A stretch of 42,542 nt of DNA. Origin: a virus. A program made the translations under genes and the position numbers. A model generated the notes under the pieces. That model was not told the origin of the DNA. It did not search any database and saw only the letters and a program-made list of their open reading frames with translations. Below are positions 36,241 to 42,404 of this stretch, piece after piece (within the stretch, counting starts at the first letter, position 1; each line of letters begins with the position of its first letter). Where the stretch lies: the IMG/VR virus record IMGVR_UViG_3300045988_144595, positions 1 through 42,542 of that record; one strand, written 5' to 3'.

Positions 36241-36710
36241 CAATACCGCTGCTTATTGTGGCGCTGGCAGGATGCCGCAGCCACAAGGAGAGCGACCTCA
36301 GCATCGCCGAGCAGACGCGAACTCAGACGACCGAGCAGACGCAGACGCGGACGGACAGCCGCACAGAGACGCGTGTCGAGCAGACCGAGGCAGCCGATAG
36401 CATCGTATGGACGATGACAGCCGACAGCGTGGTGCAGACCAAAGCCGACGGAACGCGCGAGGTGCAGCATCGCGTGCTGAAGAAGCGCACGACATACCGA
36501 CCGACCGCGACCGCCAAAGCATCGGCGACCGCGCAGCAGATTGACACCACATCCGCCGTGACGCAAAAGCAGGCGCAGCGACAGACCGCCGCGCAGAGCC
36601 ACAGCGAGAGCAGCCGAGGTGGCAGACCATGGTGGCTCTCCTTGGTTGCTCTCGCCTTGAGTATGGCCAGCATCGCATGCATCTTAGACACCTATCGCCG
36701 CAACAGATAA
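36228..36710 (+). CDS. Unimolecular spanin candidate: N-terminal lipoprotein signal plus C-terminal TM anchor.
   Basis: MRAIAIPLLIVALAGC lipobox. C-terminal WWLSLVALALSMASIACIL. Overlaps the end of the endolysin gene. Confidence 0.6.
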   Translation: MRAIAIPLLIVALAGCRSHKESDLSIAEQTRTQTTEQTQTRTDSRTETRVEQTEAADSIVWTMTADSVVQTKADGTREVQHRVLKKRTTYRPTATAKASATAQQIDTTSAVTQKQAQRQTAAQSHSESSRGGRPWWLSLVALALSMASIACILDTYRRNR

Positions 36711-36799
36711 AATAATTTGGTTGATAATAGGGTAACAGTGACAGGTGTCGCGAGCCGTGAGGCTGGTGGCACTTTTTAATATTAATTAACGCCATATGT

Positions 36800-36830
36800 T
36801 TTGCATTATATAATATATTATATAACTTTG
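36800..36830 (+). promoter_or_regulatory. Promoter: -33 TTTG (36800-03) and -7 TAACTTTG (36823-30), overlapped by a perfect 20-bp AT palindrome (36806-25).
   Basis: 19-nt spacing between the boxes. The palindrome TTATATAATATATTATATAA equals its own reverse complement. Confidence 0.55.
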
Positions 36831-36890
36831 CATCGTAAAACATAACCAACAAAAGCTCCGGCGCAGGAGGGTAATCACTGCACAAAAGAC

Positions 36891-37229
36891 ATGGCAACAG
36901 CAAAGAAAGCTCAGTATTTTATCAGCTTGTATGTTCTCGACCAAAACGACCGAGTGGCTGAAGACGTTTTCGACTGGCAACGATACGAGACGGAAGAACA
37001 GGCGCTGGATGCGGCGCATGACCTTGAGGGGGACTCCCGAACCGCATACAACATGGCGAGAAAATACACCGGCACGCCTTACCTTATCAATTTCGAAGTG
37101 AACAAGCAGGTCGGAATATTTGACGCCGATGGCGACCTGTCGCAAGAGGACTACACGGAGTCCCTCGGCGAAATCGAATACAGATACAGCGAGGATGGCA
37201 AATGCCTTGACGAGCACTGCACGCTTTAA
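36891..37229 (+). CDS. Hypothetical protein (moron cassette gene 1).
   Basis: 112-aa ORF downstream of its own promoter. Confidence 0.55.
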   Translation: MATAKKAQYFISLYVLDQNDRVAEDVFDWQRYETEEQALDAAHDLEGDSRTAYNMARKYTGTPYLINFEVNKQVGIFDADGDLSQEDYTESLGEIEYRYSEDGKCLDEHCTL

Positions 37230-37265
37230 TAATCACCCCCCCAAAAAAAACAAACAACACATAAT

Positions 37266-37622
37266 ATGAATAGCTCAACAATCCACGCAACAGAACATCA
37301 CCCGAACCTTTCGAGGGTAGAACAATATGTCAAATTCTTACACGACAACTTCGACAGTTGCGCTAAAAAACGTCAAGCGGTAGACCCGGAACTCGACGAA
37401 ATGACATGGTACTGCACCTACGTAAGCAGATACACTCACATGATACTCGAGCGCCTGGCGGTAATGCCAGAGAGAGACCACCTCGAGTTTTTGGCCGCGA
37501 TAGGCTCTGGCAAAGAAAATATCGACATCGAGATTTTACCCGAACACCGCGAGTGGCAACGCACAGCCGACGAAGCCTTGCGTGCACAATTTAGCAAAGC
37601 CGCATTATATATAATAGTATGA
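37266..37622 (+). CDS. Hypothetical protein (moron cassette gene 2).
   Basis: 118-aa ORF. Confidence 0.55.
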   Translation: MNSSTIHATEHHPNLSRVEQYVKFLHDNFDSCAKKRQAVDPELDEMTWYCTYVSRYTHMILERLAVMPERDHLEFLAAIGSGKENIDIEILPEHREWQRTADEALRAQFSKAALYIIV

Positions 37623-38038
37623 CGCAATACAGCACCACAAAAGACAATGGCGAGGTCACCATGCGTGACCTTGCCACCGGCGTCACCCTCCAGTGGATGG
37701 AGGGTGAACCGAACACACTCCGCACCACATCAATGGGCAACACGCGCAGAAGCGAGTACATCCGCATCGCGCAGGCGATGACCACCTACGCCTACGACCA
37801 TGGCTTGCTTGGCGAGACGACACCAAGCGTACTGATTAAGCAGGCCGCTCGGCAAGCGGTCGGACAACAAGTGCGACAAGCGCGAGAAACAAAGGGCTTG
37901 ACCGGACAGCAGCTCGCCGAACGCTGCGGACTGGCTCAGCCGCACATCGCACGCATCGAAGCCGGTCGATACAACGTGACCACCGACATCCTCGCGATTA
38001 TTGCGCACGCGCTCGGGACGGAAATCATCGTTAAGTAA
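37619..38038 (+). CDS. Two-domain protein with a C-terminal XRE-type HTH. The HTH is paralogous to that of 15062..15814.
   Basis: RQARETKGLTGQQLAERCGLAQPHIARIEAGRYNVTTDILAIIAHALG. Confidence 0.7.
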   Translation: MTQYSTTKDNGEVTMRDLATGVTLQWMEGEPNTLRTTSMGNTRRSEYIRIAQAMTTYAYDHGLLGETTPSVLIKQAARQAVGQQVRQARETKGLTGQQLAERCGLAQPHIARIEAGRYNVTTDILAIIAHALGTEIIVK

Positions 38039-38055
38039 CTAACACCACCACTCAG

Positions 38056-38092
38056 AAAAAAGGCGCGGATAAACGTATTCCGCGCCTTTTTT
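38056..38092. terminator. Bidirectional intrinsic terminator.
   Basis: AAAAAA-GGCGCGGA-loop-TCCGCGCC-TTTTTT. 8-bp GC-rich stem. Confidence 0.8.
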
Positions 38093-38101
38093 CTGCATAT
38101 T

Positions 38102-38329
38102 TGGTGCGTTTTCGGTGCGCCCCAAACGCACCACCGCCGTAAAATATTCATTATTAATCAATCACGCCAATTTTGCGTTTTTCGTCTGCAAAAGCCCCGA
38201 CAAAAACAAACGCACACCGATAGCAGTCGAGCGCACGCAGGTAGCGGCTTTGCAAGCGCGAAGTTAGTAATTTTTTCCGAAAAAGTGCGCGTATATGCCT
38301 GCCTTATGCTAATTTTGTGGTGCGTTTTT
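38102..38329. repeat. GGTGCGTTT motif copies in both orientations upstream of int (candidate arm-type, operator or attP region).
   Basis: TGGTGCGTTT at 38102-11 is inverted with AAACGCACCA at 38124-33. AAACGCAC at 38208-15. GGTGCGTTTTT at 38319-29. Confidence 0.35.
38310..38317 (+). promoter_or_regulatory. -7 box TAATTTTG upstream of the integrase gene.
   Basis: Matches TAnnTTTG, 49 nt before the ATG at 38366. Confidence 0.4.
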
Positions 38330-38365
38330 GTTGCGCGGAAAAAACAGCCCTCAACCAATATAGAC

Positions 38366-39499
38366 ATGCCGAAAAAAAAATACTCCAAAGAATGCGTCTA
38401 CCTCCGTCAGCGTAGCCGAGCTAATGGACTTATAGCGCTATATCTCGACATCAACACTGGAGGCCGACGCCGAAGTGAATATTTGCGGCTCTACCTCGTG
38501 CAGGAGAACACGCGCGAGGACAGAGTCAAAAACCGCGAGACGCTCAAAGTTGCGAACGCGATAAAGGCGCAGCGCATCATCGACGTTCAGCGCGAGAAGC
38601 AGGGGCTCGCCAGTAGCGGTGAACATGTATTATTTTTTGATTTTGCCGAAGCGTTTGCAAAAAAGCACACGAATGCACAGGGCGAAGTGTCTGCGCCATG
38701 GCAAAGTACGATTATCAGACTACACACATACGAGCGTCATGGAGATATTACTTTTTCGCAAATCACGCAAAAATGGGTCGAAGGCTTTCGCCGACACCTT
38801 TCTATGTCGCTATCGCGGAGGGGGAAAAACGGGCAACCATTGTCGCCCAACTCGGCTAAGTTATATTTTACCAAGCTCAAGGCCATACTCAACAAAGCCG
38901 TGGCGCAAGGCATCATCAGCAAGTCTCCGGCCTCCGCCGTCGGCAATATTAAAGGAGTAGAGACCACACGACAGTACCTCACCATTGACGAGCTGAGCAG
39001 ACTTGCCGAGACACCGTGCCGCAACAGCATACTGCGCAGAGCTTTCCTTTTTTCCTGCTTGACCGGCCTCAGATATAGTGATGTTTCCACGCTTACGTGG
39101 GGAGAGGTTCATCGGCAGGGCGATTTTACGCGCATCGTTTTCGCACAAAGAAAGACCGGCGGCCTCGAGTACCTCGACATTTCGCCACAGGCCGTGATGC
39201 TGATGGGCGACCGAGCCGAACCACAAGCCCTGGTCTTTGCCGGGTTGCCAATATTAACAAGCGCCAATTATACGCTAAGCGCATGGAGCCGCCTTGCCGG
39301 CATCGACAAACATATTACATTTCATTGCGCTCGGCATACCTTCGCGGTTATGATGCTCGACCTCGGCGTTGACATATACACAGTCAGCAAGCTGCTCGGA
39401 CACCGCAACCTTGCGACAACGCAGATATACGCAAAAGTGTTGGACAAGAAGAAGCAGGCCGCAGCATTGCTGATACCGAACATCCTACCTAACGAATAG
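38366..39499 (+). CDS. int: Tyrosine site-specific integrase (Bacteroidota phage-integrase type).
   Basis: C-terminal catalytic region ITFHCARHTFAVMMLDLG...LLGHRNLATTQIYAKV (R, HxxR, H, Y). Start set at MPKKKYSK. Confidence 0.9.
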   Translation: MPKKKYSKECVYLRQRSRANGLIALYLDINTGGRRRSEYLRLYLVQENTREDRVKNRETLKVANAIKAQRIIDVQREKQGLASSGEHVLFFDFAEAFAKKHTNAQGEVSAPWQSTIIRLHTYERHGDITFSQITQKWVEGFRRHLSMSLSRRGKNGQPLSPNSAKLYFTKLKAILNKAVAQGIISKSPASAVGNIKGVETTRQYLTIDELSRLAETPCRNSILRRAFLFSCLTGLRYSDVSTLTWGEVHRQGDFTRIVFAQRKTGGLEYLDISPQAVMLMGDRAEPQALVFAGLPILTSANYTLSAWSRLAGIDKHITFHCARHTFAVMMLDLGVDIYTVSKLLGHRNLATTQIYAKVLDKKKQAAALLIPNILPNE

Positions 39500-39504
39500 A
39501 TGTG

Positions 39505-39527
39505 TTTGTTCACTACTATTGAACAAA
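39505..39527. repeat. Inverted repeat TTTGTTCA-N7-TGAACAAA immediately after the int stop (candidate recombinase core-type site). A third ATTGAACA lies at 39536-39543.
   Basis: 8-bp arms read directly. The 7-nt spacer is CTACTAT. Confidence 0.35.
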
Positions 39528-39558
39528 TGAGATTTATTGAACATTTGCAATCGAAAAA

Positions 39559-39591
39559 GGGTGGAAACCGGGAACGGCTTCACCCTTTTTT
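39559..39591. terminator. Bidirectional intrinsic terminator between int and the reverse lysogeny operon.
   Basis: AAAAA-GGGTGGAAACCGGGAACGGCTTCACCC-TTTTTT. Confidence 0.7.
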
Positions 39592-39844
39592 ATTTGCGGT
39601 AGAACTCGCCGCTGCCGGTGAGCAGCCAATCGGCACTGACGCCGTAGTCGCGCACGAGGAACGACAGCCAGCAGGGCTGGAAGATGTCGCGACTTACATC
39701 TTTTTCAAGGCTGTTTAAGTTCCAGCGATTAATTCCGTAACGCGCCGTAAAGGTTTGTTTGCCGCGAATACGACGGTCGGCCTTGAGGCGGTACAGCGCC
39801 TCGAAGAAGCGTCGTACCACTTCCTGGCTTTCGGGAGTATTCAT
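39590..39844 (-). CDS. Small HTH DNA-binding protein (Bacteroidales phage-regulator type).
   Basis: 84 aa ending in the DYGVSADWLLTGSGEF motif typical of XRE-like regulators in this phylum. Confidence 0.6.
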   Translation of the reverse strand: MNTPESQEVVRRFFEALYRLKADRRIRGKQTFTARYGINRWNLNSLEKDVSRDIFQPCWLSFLVRDYGVSADWLLTGSGEFYRK

Positions 39845-39847
39845 AAT

Positions 39848-40984
39848 TTATTTTTTATCGGCATAAAGAGCAGCTGCCGCACAGAGAGCCTCGGCGAAAT
39901 TATAAATATCGTCCAAGGACTTTATTTCGTGCTTGGTTTCGCGCCTTTCGGCGTCAAGCAACCCGATATATTTTACCGATTTGGCATTCAGACGCAGACG
40001 GCATATCGGGCGACGATTATTGTCGTCCATAAGCACCGAGAAGTAATCCTGCGCATCGCGGTACGTAACGCGCGAAACATCCACCACTGAACGGACAATT
40101 GCCTTTACTATAAGATACCCATCTATTTCCTCCTGCGTGGTGACCGTTCCGCGTTCCTCGTCAATAGCAACAACACCATCGGGCAGTTCGCGAGGGGCTG
40201 CAGACGCCGGCGCGGTAGACACATCCTCCGCCGTATTTTCGGGCGCAGCAGCCTCGGTCTTGGGTGTATCTTCGACCGTCCGCATCGCGATACCGAGACG
40301 GGCGGAAATCGCATCATTAACGATACCCGAAATAGCCTTTTTAATGAGCGGCGTGAACTGGTCTAATACCTTTTGATTGACGACACCATCGTAAACCTGC
40401 TTTGTAAAAAACTTGACGAAATCGGGAGACGGCGAGGAGAATTCAGACGAGAGGACGCTGCGAAGCTGCGTTGTATATTTCAGTTCCTGCGCCGTTCCGA
40501 GAATATTTGCCAAATCATAATACGATTTATGGAATTTTTTCAGTTGCTCAATATCCGCATCTGAAAGGTCGAGCATATCCACCACCAAGAACGGTTTGTC
40601 GTCCATGATATTTTGCTTATCCAAATCGGTATAAAAGCGATACTCGATGCCATTGGTAAGGACGCCGAACCGGGCGTTTGTAGCCGCGAAATAACGCCGC
40701 AGCTGGGTGTCATGCAGACTGAGATTTTTATCGCATTGCTTGCATTCGATAAGCAGGACAATCTCGCCGTCCATTTTGATAGCGTAATCCACTTTTTCGC
40801 CTTTCTTTTTATTTAGGTCGCAATCCACTTCGGGAACGACCTCAAAGGGGTTGAACACATCATACCCGAGAGTGGCGATAAGTGGGAGGATAAACGCATT
40901 TTTGGTCGCTTCTTCGGTGGCGACTTCGCCTTTTTGTTTGCCGATGCGTTCGGCGAGCTGGAGGATGCAGTCCTTAAAGTCCAT
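39848..40984 (-). CDS. HsdR-N-terminal-domain-like PD-(D/E)XK restriction endonuclease-like protein.
   Basis: NAFILPLIATLGYDVFNPFEVVPEVD...KVDYAIKMDGEIVLLIECK is a nuclease core. C-terminal domain TQEEIDGYLIVKAIV...DDNNRRPICRL. Confidence 0.65.
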   Translation of the reverse strand: MDFKDCILQLAERIGKQKGEVATEEATKNAFILPLIATLGYDVFNPFEVVPEVDCDLNKKKGEKVDYAIKMDGEIVLLIECKQCDKNLSLHDTQLRRYFAATNARFGVLTNGIEYRFYTDLDKQNIMDDKPFLVVDMLDLSDADIEQLKKFHKSYYDLANILGTAQELKYTTQLRSVLSSEFSSPSPDFVKFFTKQVYDGVVNQKVLDQFTPLIKKAISGIVNDAISARLGIAMRTVEDTPKTEAAAPENTAEDVSTAPASAAPRELPDGVVAIDEERGTVTTQEEIDGYLIVKAIVRSVVDVSRVTYRDAQDYFSVLMDDNNRRPICRLRLNAKSVKYIGLLDAERRETKHEIKSLDDIYNFAEALCAAAALYADKK

Positions 40985-40992
40985 GGTTGTAT

Positions 40993-41403
40993 TTATTTGG
41001 TTTGATTTTCGATGATGGTGATGAGACGGTCGATTTGCGTATCACGCTTTTCGAGTAAGTCGAGCGTGCGTTCCGCCAACTTTCGCTGGGCGCCCATTTC
41101 TTTAAGAAAACGGTCGACATCAGCAGAAGAATTCACACTATTTCCACTGCCGTTGACATTCGGAGAATAGTCGCCGGTTGAAGATTGTTTAATGGAGGCC
41201 TTCAACATATCGCCCTCGCCACGCACCAACCACTCGTAAGACAACTCCGGGTAGGCGTGTAGAAGACTTTCTAATTTATCAACCCCGAGTGAGCCTTTGA
41301 AATTTTTTATGTAACCATTTGAAAGTCCGGCTTGCCGCTCAAATTCGGCGACAGAAACGCCCAAGCTTTGGATGTAGATAAGAAGTCTTTGTTTTAAGTC
41401 CAT
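40993..41403 (-). CDS. CI-like repressor (N-terminal HTH plus coiled-coil C-terminus).
   Basis: SVAEFERQAGLSNGYIKNFKG...YEWLVRGEGDM. Divergent from the early operon. Confidence 0.7.
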   Translation of the reverse strand: MDLKQRLLIYIQSLGVSVAEFERQAGLSNGYIKNFKGSLGVDKLESLLHAYPELSYEWLVRGEGDMLKASIKQSSTGDYSPNVNGSGNSVNSSADVDRFLKEMGAQRKLAERTLDLLEKRDTQIDRLITIIENQTK

Positions 41404-41446
41404 TTTATTTATTAACTCTTTTTAACGGAATATTTTCCATTTTAAT

Positions 41447-41477
41447 TTTGTTGTTTAGAATATCTTCCTTACCTTTG
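41447..41477 (+). promoter_or_regulatory. Early rightward promoter: -33 TTTG (41447-50) and -7 TACCTTTG (41470-77).
   Basis: 19-nt spacing. 83 nt upstream of the ATG at 41560. Confidence 0.55.
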
Positions 41478-41559
41478 CATCGGTAACGGAAGCGAACACG
41501 CGCAAAGTTACGAAAAAGTAAACGATAACGAAAATCATAACATCTAAAAAGATACTACG

Positions 41560-41958
41560 ATGACAAAGGAAGAATTTGAGACGCGCACAGGCGCAAGCGT
41601 AACATCTGGAGAATACGCAGGAATAGAACAGATATACCTCTACGCAAAGAATATGGAAAAAGACGAGTTCTGCAGCAACCGGAAAACAAAGACCGGCCGC
41701 AGGGCGATAATGGCTGCCCTTGTCAAACAGATATATACCCTGGAAGAAAAAAACCACAATACAGGACTCATCAACGCCGAGCTCAAGGAAAAACAAGATG
41801 GAATTATCGACTTCCTGGTTGGAAGTCCGGATGCCGGCGAGATGCGGCAAAAAGCCATAGAACTCCTTGGCGACGAACGCGAATATATCCGCCGCAAGTG
41901 CGAGCGCAGCCTCCCACTTGATGACGAAGATAAAGCCGCGATACTTCGGCTACTATAA
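41560..41958 (+). CDS. Hypothetical first early protein (Cro position, no obvious HTH).
   Basis: 132-aa ORF. Confidence 0.6.
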   Translation: MTKEEFETRTGASVTSGEYAGIEQIYLYAKNMEKDEFCSNRKTKTGRRAIMAALVKQIYTLEEKNHNTGLINAELKEKQDGIIDFLVGSPDAGEMRQKAIELLGDEREYIRRKCERSLPLDDEDKAAILRLL

Positions 41959-41990
41959 GATTTTTAAGTGGTTAGAGAGACACCAAAAGC

Positions 41991-42099
41991 GCTCAGCTCG
42001 GGAGAGTGCAGGCGCCAGCCCGGAGGGACACTGCGTGCGAGAGGCAAGCTCGCTATAACGTAGAACGCGCAGGCGCCGGTTCGACTCCGGCGACGGGCA
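41991..42099 (+). ncRNA. Partial tRNA-like module: D-arm-like hairpin, anticodon-arm-like hairpin, perfect T-arm and an acceptor 3' strand.
   Basis: GCTC-AGCTCGGGA-GAGT (41991-42007). GCGAG-AGGCAAG-CTCGC (42037-53). GCCGG-TTCGACT-CCGGC-GACGGGC-A (42075-99). Only 5 nt of a 5' acceptor partner (GCCCG, 42018-22). Confidence 0.3.
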
Positions 42100-42114
42100 C
42101 AACGATAAAAGCTC

Positions 42115-42214
42115 ATATGCAAATGACAGGGGCGAGGCGCGCTGCAGAGGCAGCCCCCGAGGGACAGGCCGCGAGGCCGCACCCCGAAGCGCAAGGGGCG
42201 ACGATTTAGCATAT
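42115..42214 (+). ncRNA. Candidate four-helix (cloverleaf-topology) structured RNA.
   Basis: Closing helix ATATGCAAAT/ATTT(A)GCATAT. GGGGC/GCCCC (42129-33/42153-57). GGCC-GCGA-GGCC (42167-78, GNRA loop). CCCC/GGGG (42182-85/42195-98). Folded by eye only. Confidence 0.3.
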
Positions 42215-42266
42215 TTGTCCAAAAAAATAACATGCAATTCTTTCATCATTCTCGCCGCCCCGACAA

Positions 42267-42373
42267 CCCTCGGAAGAACGCGCGATTGTGGAATGCCGCG
42301 CGTAGGATTTTGCCGGGCATTACCTACGACCCTTAGGAAACAACGCTACGCGGTTCGACTCCGCGCCGAGGGA
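42267..42373 (+). ncRNA. 107-nt tRNA-like RNA: 7-bp acceptor helix plus a perfect T-arm, with oversized internal arms.
   Basis: CCCTCGG (42267-73) pairs with CCGAGGG (42366-72). T-arm CGCGG-TTCGACT-CCGCG (42349-65). Discriminator A at 42373. No CCA. Confidence 0.45.
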
Positions 42374-42404
42374 CACAAAAAACAACCAACAAAAAACAAA
42401 GACA

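Noticed and set aside
38285-38365. Upstream extensions of ORFs: int from 38285, portal from 11124, ParB-2 from 7982, spanin from 36063, terS from 9499, and 30596..30751 ahead of the 30752 gene.
   Set aside because: The extensions overlap upstream genes or regulatory elements (a promoter box in the case of int, the hairpin array for 30596) and encode implausible hydrophobic or basic junk. The internal starts give typical N-termini.
41953-42249. ORFs in the structured-RNA region (42006..42209 +, 41953..42249 -, 41964..42233 -, 42215..42451 +).
   Set aside because: They are Arg/Ala/Gly/Pro-rich, mutually overlapping and have no motif. The region is better explained by GC-rich RNA helices and T-arm-like elements.
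41959-42404. tmRNA, possibly two-piece, because of the T-arm/acceptor-like 3' ends.
   Set aside because: There is no GGGG...G:U alanine-identity acceptor, no plausible tag reading frame ending in ALAA-type residues, and no CCA. The helices do not match the tmRNA pseudoknot layout.
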